A stretch of DNA of 64,000 nucleotides, taken from IMG/VR virus record IMGVR_UViG_3300025687_000036; one strand, 5' to 3'. The translations under genes were made by a program, and so were the position numbers. Each line of letters starts with the position of its first letter. Within the stretch, counting starts at the first letter, position 1. Under the pieces are notes generated by a model. The model saw nothing but the letters and a program-made list of their open reading frames with translations. It was not told the origin of the DNA and searched no databases. Shown here one piece after another: positions 29,069 to 39,020 of the stretch. This DNA is from an uncultured virus (IMG/VR IMGVR_UViG_3300025687_000036). Its lineage: Duplodnaviria; Heunggongvirae; Uroviricota; Caudoviricetes.

Positions 29069-29619
29069 TCCTCGGAATCGCAGGGGCCGCCGGCAGCGGC
29101 AAGGACACCGTCGGGCAGTATCTCGTCCGCCGGCACGGCGCGGTGATCCACAAATTCGCCGACCCACTCTACGCCGCGATCTCGGCGATCACGGGGCTCT
29201 CGGTGGCCGAACTTCAGGACCGCCGGCGGAAGGAGGAGATTTTGCCGTGGCTGCCTTGCAGCCCGCGGCGACTCCTCCAGACGATCGGCACCGAGTGGGG
29301 CAGGGACACGATCCACCCGGATATCTGGGTGCTGGCGACCCTGCGACGCATCGACGCCACAGACGCCCTGTGGAGCGTTGTGACGGACGTTCGCTTCGAC
29401 AATGAGGCCGAGGCCATCCGCGCCCGCGGTGGCGTCGTGTGGGCCGTGACGCGGCCGTCCGTCGGCGGCCTGGGTGGCGTCGAGTCTAGGCACTCAAGCG
29501 AGGCCGGCGTGTCGGCGGAACTTATTGATGACGAGATATTCAACCACGGCGACATCGCGGCGCTCGAGCGCGAGGTCGACGCTGCATGGGCTAGGCTGCA
29601 AGCCGATATAATCAGATGA
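29065..29619 (+). CDS. Deoxynucleoside monophosphate kinase (T4 gp1-like)
   Basis: GAAGSGKDT, FADPL, RRLLQTIGTEWGR, TDVRFDNE, HSSE. Confidence 0.92.
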   Translation: MILGIAGAAGSGKDTVGQYLVRRHGAVIHKFADPLYAAISAITGLSVAELQDRRRKEEILPWLPCSPRRLLQTIGTEWGRDTIHPDIWVLATLRRIDATDALWSVVTDVRFDNEAEAIRARGGVVWAVTRPSVGGLGGVESRHSSEAGVSAELIDDEIFNHGDIAALEREVDAAWARLQADIIR

Positions 29620-29635
29620 TGGGAGGGGTGCAGCC

Positions 29636-29887
29636 GTGAGCGAGACATTGAAGACGGTGATGGAGAGGTGGGGATTTCCCACCTTGGTCGCATTAGCGGC
29701 CGGTTACGTGCTTCGCCAGGACGTCCTGCTACCCTTGGTAGACCAGCACTCGGCCTTCTTGAAGACGATCTCCGAGTCCCAGAAGGAGATCGCCGACGCC
29801 GTCAGGGAGCAGACCCGCCTGCTCTACGCCCTTCAGCCGAAGGTGGCCGAAGAGGCACGCCGTCAGGCCGCCCAAGAGGCTCAGTGA
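29636..29887 (+). CDS. Small membrane protein, possible holin
   Basis: ERWGFPTLVALAAGY hydrophobic helix then coiled coil. Confidence 0.45.
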   Translation: MSETLKTVMERWGFPTLVALAAGYVLRQDVLLPLVDQHSAFLKTISESQKEIADAVREQTRLLYALQPKVAEEARRQAAQEAQ

Positions 29888-29902
29888 CCCCCGCAGCGAC
29901 AG

Positions 29903-29926
29903 GCGTCCAAACGATACAATGGACGC
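29903..29926 (+). promoter_or_regulatory. Inverted repeat enclosing a -10-like TACAAT, abutting the ATG
   Basis: GCGTCCA-AACGATACAA-TGGACGC-ATG. Confidence 0.6.
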
Positions 29927-30247
29927 ATGGCGACTTACTCTCAACTGCCGGGCCAGTTGTCCCTCGCCCTGCGCCGCGGCGACGAATTTGGGGCGAATGT
30001 CGACTTTGACATCGACCTCACGGGGTACTCGGTCTCCGCCGCGATCGTGTCGGCGTTGACCGGCAATTCGGCCGGGACGATGACCGCCACCGTCACCAAC
30101 GCAGGCGCCGGGGTCGTCAACGTCTCGATGACCGAGGCTCAGACAGCCGCGCTGCTGCCAGGCACCTATGCGTGGCGGCTGGAGTGGATCGCGCCGGGCG
30201 ACGTGAAGAGAACCGCGATGGCCGGATTCGTCGAGGTGGCACGATGA
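29927..30247 (+). CDS. BppU-like adaptor protein (paralogue of 23193-23561)
   Basis: MATYSQLPG...GDE...DFDIDLTGY...EAQTAAL. Confidence 0.65.
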   Translation: MATYSQLPGQLSLALRRGDEFGANVDFDIDLTGYSVSAAIVSALTGNSAGTMTATVTNAGAGVVNVSMTEAQTAALLPGTYAWRLEWIAPGDVKRTAMAGFVEVAR

Positions 30248-30594
30248 GCATCAACGCCAGCGTCACCGGGGCAAAGATCACAGCCACCGTCATCGGTGAT
30301 GCCGTTTCGGCCGCCGTGTCGTCAGGCCGGGTGTCGGCCGCGGTCACCGGCGGCATCGGCCCGCAGGGTCCGGCCGGCGAGGCCGGCGAGACGGGCGGCG
30401 CGACGACGCTGTCCGAACTCACCGACGTGCAGATCACATCCGCCGCCGATGGCGACGTGCTCAGGTATTCCGCAGCCGCTGGCCGCTGGCAGGACTACGC
30501 GGAACTCAATCTTGTTGACGGGGGGAACTTCGCATGGCTAATCGCATTCGCATCCGCCGGTCTACAGGCGGTTCGGCTCCTGAGCATCTGCTGA
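30244..30594 (+). CDS. Short fibre-associated protein with a collagen-like stretch
   Basis: GPQGPAGEAG, LSELTDV, DGDVLRY, DGGNF. Confidence 0.6.
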   Translation: MSINASVTGAKITATVIGDAVSAAVSSGRVSAAVTGGIGPQGPAGEAGETGGATTLSELTDVQITSAADGDVLRYSAAAGRWQDYAELNLVDGGNFAWLIAFASAGLQAVRLLSIC

Positions 30595-31832
30595 ACGCCG
30601 AACTGGCGTTCGCGGAAGCTGCGGGAGCCGGCGGTGCCGGCACGCTCTATATCGGCACCGGCTCCAGTGGCACCAACGCCGCCAACGTCGTCGCCATCGG
30701 CGGCGGCGGCGCGTTCGTGTCGATCGTCACCGTCCGCGAGGCCAACAAGGTGCTGGCCGGGCCGACGACCGGGGCCGACGCCGCCCCGACGTTTCGGGCG
30801 CTCGTCGCCGACGACATCCCGTCGCTGACCAGCACGAAGATCACCGACTTCACGACCGCCGCGGCGCTCGTCGGGCCGGTCTCCAGCGTCAACGGCAAGA
30901 CTGGGACGGTCACCCTCGTCTCTACGGACATCTCGGCGGCCTCGGCAGTCCACACCCACGTTGCCGCCGACGTGACCGACCTCGCGACGACCGTGAAGGG
31001 CTACGACTTGTCGTCCTTCGCGGGGCCGACGTCGTCGCTGTCTGCGAACTCACAGAAGATCACGAACCTCGCCGCGCCGACGGAAGACAACGACGCCGCG
31101 ACGAAGGCATACGTGGACGCAGCCCGAGCGGGCCTCGACGTCAAGCAGTCGGTGCGGGCCGCGACCACGGCGAACATCAACCTGTCCAGCGACCTTGAGA
31201 ACGGAGACTCGCTCGACGGCGTGACGCTCGCTACCGGCGACCGCGTCCTCGTCAAGAACCAGGACACGGCATCGGAAAACGGCATCTATGTCGTGCAGGC
31301 GTCGGGTGCGGCCGTGCGAGCGACCGACTTCGACGCCGACGCCGAGGTGACGCCTGGCGCGTTCACCTTCGTTGAGGAAGGCACGGCGAACGCCGACTCC
31401 GGCTGGGTGCTCACCACGAACGGCACGATCACCGTCGGCACGACCGGCTTGGCGTTCGCACAGTTCTCAGGCGCAGGCACGATTACCGCAGGCGACGGCC
31501 TGACGAAGGATGGCAGCACCATCAACGCCGTCGGCACGGCGGATCGGATCAGCGTGTCCGCCGACGCGATCGACATCTCGACGTCCTACGCCGGCCAGAC
31601 GTCGATCACGACGCTGGGTACGGTGACGACCGGCGTGTGGTCGGCCACGGCCATCGCCGCGACGAAAGGTGGCACGGGCCTCGAGACGGTTCCGGCCGGC
31701 TGCGTCCTCGGAGCCAACACGGCCGACACGGTCACGGCGGTGCAGGGCGGCACGACTGACGGCATCCTGACCTACTCTGCTTCAGGCACGTCGGTGGCGT
31801 TCCTCCAGACGATCGACGGGGGCGCGTTTTGA
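30534..31832 (+). CDS. Tail fibre protein
   Basis: KITNLAAPT..DAATKAYVD, GLDVKQSVRAATT, GDRVLVKNQ..ENGIY, C-terminal IDGG. Confidence 0.85.
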   Translation: MANRIRIRRSTGGSAPEHLLNAELAFAEAAGAGGAGTLYIGTGSSGTNAANVVAIGGGGAFVSIVTVREANKVLAGPTTGADAAPTFRALVADDIPSLTSTKITDFTTAAALVGPVSSVNGKTGTVTLVSTDISAASAVHTHVAADVTDLATTVKGYDLSSFAGPTSSLSANSQKITNLAAPTEDNDAATKAYVDAARAGLDVKQSVRAATTANINLSSDLENGDSLDGVTLATGDRVLVKNQDTASENGIYVVQASGAAVRATDFDADAEVTPGAFTFVEEGTANADSGWVLTTNGTITVGTTGLAFAQFSGAGTITAGDGLTKDGSTINAVGTADRISVSADAIDISTSYAGQTSITTLGTVTTGVWSATAIAATKGGTGLETVPAGCVLGANTADTVTAVQGGTTDGILTYSASGTSVAFLQTIDGGAF

Positions 31833-31835
31833 CGC

Positions 31836-34478
31836 ATGACCATCAAGATTAAGCACAAGCGAGGCACGGCTTCTTCGGTGGCGGCTGCTAACCCAACCCC
31901 AGCGGCCGGGGAGCTTGTGTTTGAGACGGACACGCTTCGGTTCAAGTTGGGTGATGGAAGCACGGCGTATAACAGCCTGGCTTACGTCGCACCGAGTGCC
32001 AGCGACATTACGTCCGGCACGCTTGGACAAGACAGGCTTCCAAGCGACATCACGGTAAACAGCCTGTTCCTTTACGACTCACTCAACGACCGCGAGATCG
32101 AACTGCAACCGTCTGGCCTGAGTGACGACCGGGCGATCATCTTTCCAAACGCCTCTGGCACGGTCGCCCTGGTAGGCCACACCCACTCCGCCAGCGACAT
32201 CACGAGCGGCACGCTGGACTCGGCACGCCTCGACGCGACGCTGGCCGCGCTTGCTGGTGTGACCACGTCGGCGGATCAAGTGATCTACGCGACAGGCAGC
32301 GACACGTTCGCGACTACTGCTCTGTCATCGTTCGGCCGCTCCCTCATTGACGACGCCGACGCCGCAGCGGCGAGGACGACGCTCGGCGTGCAGCCGACGG
32401 CGAGCCCGGCGTTTACGGGCAGCGTTGGAATCGGCACATCCTCGCCCGGCGCACTGCTTGAGGTAAACGGCGGCAGCGGTGCTGCTACTTGCATAGTCAA
32501 AGGCGAAAGCGGAAAAAATGCGTTCTTGTCTGTGATTGGCAATGGCAACGCCTTCTTGTCCACTTCGCTGGACATCATCCAGCAGAGCGATAACGCTGCG
32601 ACTATCATCCAGCGGGCCAATGCCGCGCTGTCACTCTGGACAAACAACACCACCCGCCTCACCATCTCCTCCACCGGCACCGCGACGTTCGCTGGGCAGA
32701 TCGTCGGGCAGGCGGGGATGGACGTTACCGGCGCTGCCACCTTCGCCAACACCGGCAACGTCGTCCCGCTTACCGTGACCAACACGGGCACGGCCAACTC
32801 ATTCGTCGTCAACGATGCCAGCGGTGATACGACGCCGTTTGTGGTGGATGCGAGTGGGAATGTTGGCGTCGGACTGGGCGGCGCACCAAATGCTCGCGTG
32901 CAGGTCAATCTTGGTGACGTTGCTCCAGCCGCTAGTGGCGACATGAACACTGGCGTAGTATTTCAGAGCAACGGCGCCTCTCGGGCGATAAACATCGGCA
33001 CAGACAACACTGCTGGATACTCATGGATCAACGCAGCGTTCGCAAATAATTCAGGCATCGCAGACAACCTGCACTTGATGACTGGTGCCACCACCCGCCT
33101 CACCATCTCCTCCACCGGCACCGCGACGTTCGCGGGGCAGATTGTGGGGCAGGCGGGGGCGGATATTTCTGGCACAACCGCATTAGGCGACACAGTCAAC
33201 TGCGGCACGGCGTCTACGACGGCAACAATCGTCAACGTCGGCCTCGGAGCGACCGGCAATAGATTTGCCCTCATCGACTACGTTGGAGATACAACCTACA
33301 CGGACTATGGGCTGAGAGTCGGGCGAGACAATGGAGGCGCAAATGGTCAATCGATCATCCACCACAGAGGCACGGGCGCTCTTGCCATAGTCGCTCTTGA
33401 CGCAGGAACAGTCGAACTCGGAACCAACAGCACCACCCGCCTCACCATCTCCTCCACCGGCACCGCGACTTTCACGGGGCAGATACTTGCCGACGACATC
33501 GCCACCGCCAACAGCGTTGCGTATGGCTTCGATTCGGACCCCAACACCGGAATTGGTCGTGCAGGCGCGGACGTTGTAACGCTGGTGACAAACGGAGCCG
33601 AGCGGGTGCGGGTGGATGCGAGCGGGAATGTGGGAATTGGGCTGACGCCACTGCAAAAGTTTCATGTCGGTCGATCTGGCAGCGGCATTGCAGCGAGATT
33701 CACTGACAACGCTACACAAACCCTAGACCTTGGCATCACAGCATCTGCTGGTGTGTACTACGACAACCCAAACAGCGGCTACCAAGAATGGCAGATTGGT
33801 GGCTCTGGCAAGATGCGGCTTGACGCCAGCGGGAATTTGGGAATTGGGACAACAAACACTGACCCGGCTGGCTCCAATGTGGTCGGTAGTGCAATTGGCG
33901 CGTCTGGCTATTTCAGCATCACACGCGACTCATTCGACCCCGTACGAATCAACCTCAAGAGTGCAGATGGTACGCTTGTTTCGTTTTTCCAGGACGGAGT
34001 CAGCGAGGGGTCGGTCAGCGTTTCGGGTAACACAGTCTCCTACAACGCCTTCTGCGGCTCGCACTGGGCGCAACTCTCCGATCAGTCTCGGCCCGCGATC
34101 CTGCGTGGCACGGTGATGGAGACGATTGACCAGATGTGCGACTGGCCGGAGGACGGCGGCGGCAGTGATCGACTGGTGCGGGTGAAGGTCAGTGACACGC
34201 CAGCATCTCGCCGCGTCTATGGCGTGTTTCTCGGCTGGGATGAGCCCTACGCATCGACCGGCGATATGTACGTCGCTGGTCTTGGTGCGTACATGGTGCG
34301 AGTGTCAGGCGTGGTGCAGTCCGGTGACCTGCTAGAGAGTTCTGGCGACGGCACCGCACGCACGCAGGCAGACGACATCGTCCGCAGCAGCACCATCGGC
34401 AAAGTGTCGTCCACGCATCGCATCGCTGAGTACGACGACGGTTCGTATGTTGTCCCTTGTGTCCTCATGTGCGGGTGA
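31836..34478 (+). CDS. Long tail fibre/spike; Mtd-like N-terminus, probable C-terminal intramolecular chaperone
   Basis: KRGTA...ANP..AAGE..FETDT..FKLGDG; GNVGIG repeats; C-terminal VYGVF...GDLL...TIGKV. Confidence 0.85.
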   Translation: MTIKIKHKRGTASSVAAANPTPAAGELVFETDTLRFKLGDGSTAYNSLAYVAPSASDITSGTLGQDRLPSDITVNSLFLYDSLNDREIELQPSGLSDDRAIIFPNASGTVALVGHTHSASDITSGTLDSARLDATLAALAGVTTSADQVIYATGSDTFATTALSSFGRSLIDDADAAAARTTLGVQPTASPAFTGSVGIGTSSPGALLEVNGGSGAATCIVKGESGKNAFLSVIGNGNAFLSTSLDIIQQSDNAATIIQRANAALSLWTNNTTRLTISSTGTATFAGQIVGQAGMDVTGAATFANTGNVVPLTVTNTGTANSFVVNDASGDTTPFVVDASGNVGVGLGGAPNARVQVNLGDVAPAASGDMNTGVVFQSNGASRAINIGTDNTAGYSWINAAFANNSGIADNLHLMTGATTRLTISSTGTATFAGQIVGQAGADISGTTALGDTVNCGTASTTATIVNVGLGATGNRFALIDYVGDTTYTDYGLRVGRDNGGANGQSIIHHRGTGALAIVALDAGTVELGTNSTTRLTISSTGTATFTGQILADDIATANSVAYGFDSDPNTGIGRAGADVVTLVTNGAERVRVDASGNVGIGLTPLQKFHVGRSGSGIAARFTDNATQTLDLGITASAGVYYDNPNSGYQEWQIGGSGKMRLDASGNLGIGTTNTDPAGSNVVGSAIGASGYFSITRDSFDPVRINLKSADGTLVSFFQDGVSEGSVSVSGNTVSYNAFCGSHWAQLSDQSRPAILRGTVMETIDQMCDWPEDGGGSDRLVRVKVSDTPASRRVYGVFLGWDEPYASTGDMYVAGLGAYMVRVSGVVQSGDLLESSGDGTARTQADDIVRSSTIGKVSSTHRIAEYDDGSYVVPCVLMCG
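32648..33469 (+). repeat. Three identical 39-bp direct repeats starting at 32648, 33089 and 33431
   Basis: caccacccgcctcaccatctcctccaccggcaccgcgac. Confidence 0.95.
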
Positions 34479-34484
34479 ACAATC

Positions 34485-34799
34485 ATGCCTGACATCCCCA
34501 CTCTGTTTTCGTCTGAGCCGCTGGCGATCAGTGCCGTATACGACAAGCTGTGGCTGCGCGAGTGCGTGATCAGCGCCAGTACAGTCGGCGGTGACGCCGA
34601 AGCCCGCGTGACGCTTGTGCGTTTTCGCTCCACCGACGACGGCGTGGAGGAAGCACCCGCCGAGCCGATCCGGCTCCATGTCCAAGACCTGCTCGCAGGG
34701 GCCGAAGCCGATGCCGATCTCGCGGCGGCGGTGGGGGCGCTGATGGCGTATGTCGCCAAGGTCGGCATCGAGCAGGGTGTGGTGGCGGCACCGGAGTGA
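34485..34799 (+). CDS. Hypothetical protein, possible fibre assembly factor
   Basis: 104 aa ORF directly after the fibre gene. Confidence 0.55.
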   Translation: MPDIPTLFSSEPLAISAVYDKLWLRECVISASTVGGDAEARVTLVRFRSTDDGVEEAPAEPIRLHVQDLLAGAEADADLAAAVGALMAYVAKVGIEQGVVAAPE

Positions 34800-34809
34800 T
34801 GGCACAATA

Positions 34810-34834
34810 GGCGGCAAAACGATACAATGCCGCC
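34810..34834 (+). promoter_or_regulatory. Inverted repeat enclosing a -10-like TACAAT, abutting the gmd ATG
   Basis: GGCGGCA-AAACGATACAA-TGCCGCC-ATG. Confidence 0.6.
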
Positions 34835-35815
34835 ATGAAGACAGCACTCATCACGGGCATCACCGGCCAGGACGGCTCCTATCTGGCCGAACTTTTGCTC
34901 GCCAAGGGGTACGACGTCCACGGCGTCGTCAGGCGGTCGAGCACGTTTGGGACGCAGCGGATCGAGCACATCTTCGATCGCGTTACGCTGCACTACGGCG
35001 ACGTGACCGACGGCGGCGCCTTGATGCGAATCGTCGGGGAGGTCGACCCAGACGAAATCTACAACCTCGCCGCCCAGAGCCACGTCCGCGTGTCTTTCGA
35101 TCAGCCGGCCTACACGGCCGACGCGGTCGCAATCGGCACGCTCAACGTGCTCGAGGCGGCCAGGACGGTGCCGTTCTGCCGCGTCTACCAGGCGTCGTCG
35201 AGCGAGCAGTACGGCAACGCATCGGCTGAACCGCAAAACGAGACAACGCCATTTCGTCCGCGGTCCCCATACGGCTGCGCCAAGGTCTTCGCCCACCATC
35301 TGGCGGTGAACTACCGCGAGTCCTACGGCCTTCACGCCTCCTGCGGCATCCTCTTCAACCACGAGAGCCCACGGCGCGGCGAGACGTTCGTGACCCGCAA
35401 GATCACCCGTGCTGTTGGCCGCATCAAGCACGGCCTGCAAGAGAAACTGTTCCTCGGCAACCTCGACGCCATGCGCGACTGGGGCTACGCCGGCGACTAC
35501 GTCGAGGCCATGTGGCTCATGCTCCAGCAGGACGAGCCGGACGACTACGTCATCGCCACCGGCAAGGCGCAGACCGTCCGCGAGTTCTGCGAGGCAGCGT
35601 TCGCCGCGGCCGGCATGGACTACCGAGACCACGTCGAGACCGACCCACGCTACTACCGACCGGCCGAGGTGGACTTCCTCCTCGGCGACGCCTTGAAGGC
35701 TTCGCGCGTCCTCGGCTGGCAGCCGGCCACGAAGCCGGAGGAGTTGGTCGGCATGATGGTCGAGGCCGACATCGAACTTGCGAGGCAGGAGTATGTCGTT
35801 GCTCAGTCTCGCTGA
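34835..35815 (+). CDS. gmd: GDP-mannose 4,6-dehydratase
   Basis: [56 protein letters not shown]. Confidence 0.97.
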   Translation: MKTALITGITGQDGSYLAELLLAKGYDVHGVVRRSSTFGTQRIEHIFDRVTLHYGDVTDGGALMRIVGEVDPDEIYNLAAQSHVRVSFDQPAYTADAVAIGTLNVLEAARTVPFCRVYQASSSEQYGNASAEPQNETTPFRPRSPYGCAKVFAHHLAVNYRESYGLHASCGILFNHESPRRGETFVTRKITRAVGRIKHGLQEKLFLGNLDAMRDWGYAGDYVEAMWLMLQQDEPDDYVIATGKAQTVREFCEAAFAAAGMDYRDHVETDPRYYRPAEVDFLLGDALKASRVLGWQPATKPEELVGMMVEADIELARQEYVVAQSR

Positions 35816-36725
35816 CTGCCGGGTGCTGGTCACCGGCGGCGCAGGCTTCCTCGGCCGCGTCGTCTGCCGCCTGCTCAAGGATCGAGGCTGCACTCAGGTC
35901 ACGGTCCCGCGTCGGGCAGTCTGCGACCTCACCGACCCACGGTCGACGGCCAGGCTGTTCGCCGCCTGCCAGCCGGACGTCGTCTTGCACCTGGCCGCGG
36001 AGGTCGGCGGCATCGGCGCCAACATGAAAGCGCCGGGGAGGTTCACCTACGCCAACCTCGCCATGGGCCTGAACGTCATCGAGGCAGCGAGGCTTCACGG
36101 CTGCCGCAAAACCGTCGTCGTCGGCACCGTCTGCTCCTACCCGCTGTCTCCGCCGGTGCCGTTTAAGGAGGAAGACCTCTGGAGCGGCTACCCGGAGCCA
36201 ACCAATGCCGGCTACGGGATCGCGAAAAGGGCGGTGTACGAACTGCTCAAGCAGTACCAAAAACAGTACACCATGGCCGGCGCCGTCGTGATCCCGACGA
36301 ACCTCTACGGCCCCGGCGACAACTTCGACCCGGCGTCCAGCCACGTCATTCCCGCGATGATCCGGCGGTTCTGCGGAGCCGGCGACGTCACGCTCTGGGG
36401 GAGCGGAACTGCCAGCCGTGAGTTCCTCCACGTCGCCGATGCGGCCGAAGGGATTCTCATGGCCGCCGAACGCATCGAAACGCCGGAGCCGATCAACCTC
36501 GGCGGTGGCGGCGAGGTGTCGATGCGAGACTTGGCCGAACTGATCGCCGGCGAGTGCGAGTACCACGGCACGATCCGCTGGGACTCCTCGAAGCCGGACG
36601 GCCAACCTCGTCGGGCCGTCGACGCCTCGAGAGCGAAAGAGCTTCTCGACTGGCAGCCGCAGGTGAATCTGAAGCAAGGAATCGCCGAGACGGTCGCGTG
36701 GTGGCGGTCACAGGCTACGTCTTGA
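35793..36725 (+). CDS. fcl: GDP-L-fucose synthase (epimerase/reductase)
   Basis: [57 protein letters not shown]. Confidence 0.95.
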   Translation: MSLLSLADCRVLVTGGAGFLGRVVCRLLKDRGCTQVTVPRRAVCDLTDPRSTARLFAACQPDVVLHLAAEVGGIGANMKAPGRFTYANLAMGLNVIEAARLHGCRKTVVVGTVCSYPLSPPVPFKEEDLWSGYPEPTNAGYGIAKRAVYELLKQYQKQYTMAGAVVIPTNLYGPGDNFDPASSHVIPAMIRRFCGAGDVTLWGSGTASREFLHVADAAEGILMAAERIETPEPINLGGGGEVSMRDLAELIAGECEYHGTIRWDSSKPDGQPRRAVDASRAKELLDWQPQVNLKQGIAETVAWWRSQATS

Positions 36726-36915
36726 GGTGCTCCTTGAGCCGCCTCGTCAGGTCGGCGCCGGCCGTCTGCCACCAGCAAGGCAGGATGGCGTGGATCGCTA
36801 GTAGGACGGCGGCAGCGCCGCAGAGCAGGGCACACCGCAGCGCGAACGCGGTGTGCTGACAGTAGGCCATGCCGTTCTCGGCGAGGTGCTGCCTGGCGGC
36901 GTCAAGCAGTGGCAT
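36715..36915 (-). CDS. Small hydrophobic protein (DUF6356-like)
   Basis: HLAENGMAYCQH...IHAILP. Confidence 0.6.
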   Translation of the reverse strand: MPLLDAARQHLAENGMAYCQHTAFALRCALLCGAAAVLLAIHAILPCWWQTAGADLTRRLKEHLKT

Positions 36916-37093
36916 TTGTCCGCTCCAGTAGACCACGCAGCGTGGCTGCTCGCTGTGCGTGCTGGTGGGCATCGGCCTCCATGGCCGCGGTCTCAATCGC
37001 GTCCCGCTCATCGTCAGTGAGACGCAGCCTGTCGATCTCGGCTTGGAGCCGGGCGATCTCGCTCTGGAATTCGACGGCCGTTGCGAGGTTCAC
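36902..37093 (-). CDS. Hypothetical protein
   Basis: RLTDDERDAI...ATLRGLLER; overlaps next gene. Confidence 0.6.
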   Translation of the reverse strand: MNLATAVEFQSEIARLQAEIDRLRLTDDERDAIETAAMEADAHQHAQRAATLRGLLERTNATA

Positions 37094-37418
37094 TGTTACA
37101 AATCCTAGATGCTTTTGCGTTTTGGCACAGGTTTCGTAACGCCCTAATCATATGTGAAAAACCATCATTTCAGATGGTTTTCCGATATGGGCTGGGAGTC
37201 ACTTACGGTGTGTGGCGTCAGTTGAGCCAACTCCAGGCGCGAACCGCGAACGCTTCAACCTTCGGCAGCCCGTCGATGAAGACGTAGCACGCTATCGCCC
37301 ACAGCATGGCTCGATCGTGTCGCGTCATGCTTTCCGTTCCAGCGACTGTAGGCACTCGTTCGAGAAGTGCGGCCAACTCACGCATCGACTGGCTCCGCCT
37401 ACGGTGCGTGCGGACGGT

Positions 37419-37661
37419 TCACCCAAGCCCCGTCGTTGGCGGCACCAGCGGCACCTGGCCGCCTCCGTATCCAACTGCCTTGATGTGAGCCTTGGCTTTT
37501 TCCATGTCGCCGCCAAACTCCAGCCAAGCGAACACGTCAAACGGACTAAGCCACTCGCCGACCGGCAGTCCGCAGCCTTCACTGAAGCACCACGCGAAAT
37601 TTCCTTCGGTCACCACATCTGCGTCTTCGGGCTTTTCCGGGGTGTGCGTTGGCTTTTCCAT
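37419..37661 (-). CDS. Hypothetical protein
   Basis: ORF in leftward block; start uncertain. Confidence 0.4.
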   Translation of the reverse strand: MEKPTHTPEKPEDADVVTEGNFAWCFSEGCGLPVGEWLSPFDVFAWLEFGGDMEKAKAHIKAVGYGGGQVPLVPPTTGLG

Positions 37662-37684
37662 GGCGTTACCTAGTGCGTGTGCTG

Positions 37685-37885
37685 TCAGTTCGGCGTCGGC
37701 TCGGTCTGCTGCACGCACGCCAGCAAGTCCCGCAGCCAATCGACATCCCGCATCGTCAGGGAGTATGCCACTCCGCCGTCTGCAAATTTGTAGTCCTGCT
37801 CGGCGTGCTTCCCTACCCGCCTGATGGCGTGCTTCAGGGCACCAGCGAGAAAGTACTGCTCGTCTTCGTCTAGCGTGATCTGCAT
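37685..37885 (-). CDS. Hypothetical protein
   Basis: GGAGG RBS; start coupled to upstream stop. Confidence 0.55.
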   Translation of the reverse strand: MQITLDEDEQYFLAGALKHAIRRVGKHAEQDYKFADGGVAYSLTMRDVDWLRDLLACVQQTEPTPN

Positions 37886-38127
37886 TACTTCACCTCCGGC
37901 GGCTCGGGAAGCGGCATCCAGTGGGTCACGTTCGGGAAGAGCCACTCACCGCCGTAGTTGCAAAACCACGCCTCCCCGTCAAACGAGGCGACGTGGTTCC
38001 CGTCCATGGCTGTATGAACGAGAACGAGGGCGTCCTTTTCAGGCATCCTCTCGATCACCGGAATCCAGCGTTGCGCCTGCTCCTGCAACTCTTCGATCTC
38101 GGCGTGCGTCCGCGTTCTGTCCGTCAC
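37885..38127 (-). CDS. DUF551-like phage protein
   Basis: RWIPVIERMP...VTHWMPLPEPP. Confidence 0.8.
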   Translation of the reverse strand: MTDRTRTHAEIEELQEQAQRWIPVIERMPEKDALVLVHTAMDGNHVASFDGEAWFCNYGGEWLFPNVTHWMPLPEPPEVK

Positions 38128-39020
38128 GACACCCTCGGGATCATCTCCGGCGCCGCCTGCGGCTTCACAATCCGCGGGTCGAGATACTTCCTCGTCGTCG
38201 CCGGGTCGGAGTGATCGAGCAGCCGCTGCGCCGACCCGCCGGCGGCCTCGAAGAAGGACGCCGTCGTCCGTCGAATGCGGTGGAACTTGTCCCGACGGCC
38301 GTGCGGCAGGCCGGCACGTCGAAGGATGATGCCCAGGCGGCCCCAGAGGTACGACCGTGTGTTCGGCCACGGGAAGACAAATTCCTCTGGCCCGCGGCCA
38401 AGCCGGATCGCTTGAAGCGCATTCCGCGTGTCCTCGCCGATCTCGCGGATCACGTCGCGACGGCCGCCCTTGCGTGTCTCGGCCACGAAGAGAACGTGCG
38501 TGTCGCTGACGTCGCACCACTTCAGCGACATCAACGCCGTCACCCGCTCCGCGGTGTCGTAGGCGAGCAGCACCAGCGCCCGCCAGTAGGAGGCACCGGG
38601 AATTCCGGCGATCGTCGTCTTCTCCTTGCCGGCGGCCTCGAGGAGTCGCCGCATGTCCTCGACGAACCACGCCTGCGGAACCCTCTCTGGGATTCGCACA
38701 GGCGGGTACTGAGGCCACGTCGAGCACAGGCCACGTCTCGAGGAAAACTCGTGGATGGCCCGCAACTGGGCACGGTCTTTGGCCGCCGTCGCCACCGCCC
38801 TCTCGCGGCAACGGGCGGCCAGAAACCGTGCCACCGTCAACTCGTCGAGGTCGTCGAGCGTGGGCTCTCTGCCCAAGTGTCTCGCCAACGCCTTGATCGT
38901 GATGGAGTAGTTTTCCACGCTGCGGTCAGACAGCGAACGCAGGGGGGCGTACAGGTCTTTCAGGATGTCATTCAAAAGCATGGCTTCACCCTCATGCGAG
39001 AGGGTATTGCTGGCTTGCAT
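38124..39020 (-). CDS. Tyrosine recombinase/integrase
   Basis: Catalytic R (YDTAER), K (TRKG), HxxR (FHRIRR), LDH, Y (TRKY); alternative start at 38981. Confidence 0.9.
   Translation of the reverse strand: MQASNTLSHEGEAMLLNDILKDLYAPLRSLSDRSVENYSITIKALARHLGREPTLDDLDELTVARFLAARCRERAVATAAKDRAQLRAIHEFSSRRGLCSTWPQYPPVRIPERVPQAWFVEDMRRLLEAAGKEKTTIAGIPGASYWRALVLLAYDTAERVTALMSLKWCDVSDTHVLFVAETRKGGRRDVIREIGEDTRNALQAIRLGRGPEEFVFPWPNTRSYLWGRLGIILRRAGLPHGRRDKFHRIRRTTASFFEAAGGSAQRLLDHSDPATTRKYLDPRIVKPQAAPEMIPRVS

Noticed and set aside
30515..30594. Programmed frameshift fusing the ORF at 30244 to the fibre at 30534
   Set aside because: The G-run before AAC is not a canonical XXXYYYZ site; a lost stop after DGGNF explains the 61-nt overlap more simply
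23750..33469. Fibre repeats as a diversity-generating retroelement TR/VR pair or a CRISPR array
   Set aside because: No reverse transcriptase or cas genes; repeats are in-frame coding units without adenine-specific mismatches or short unique spacers
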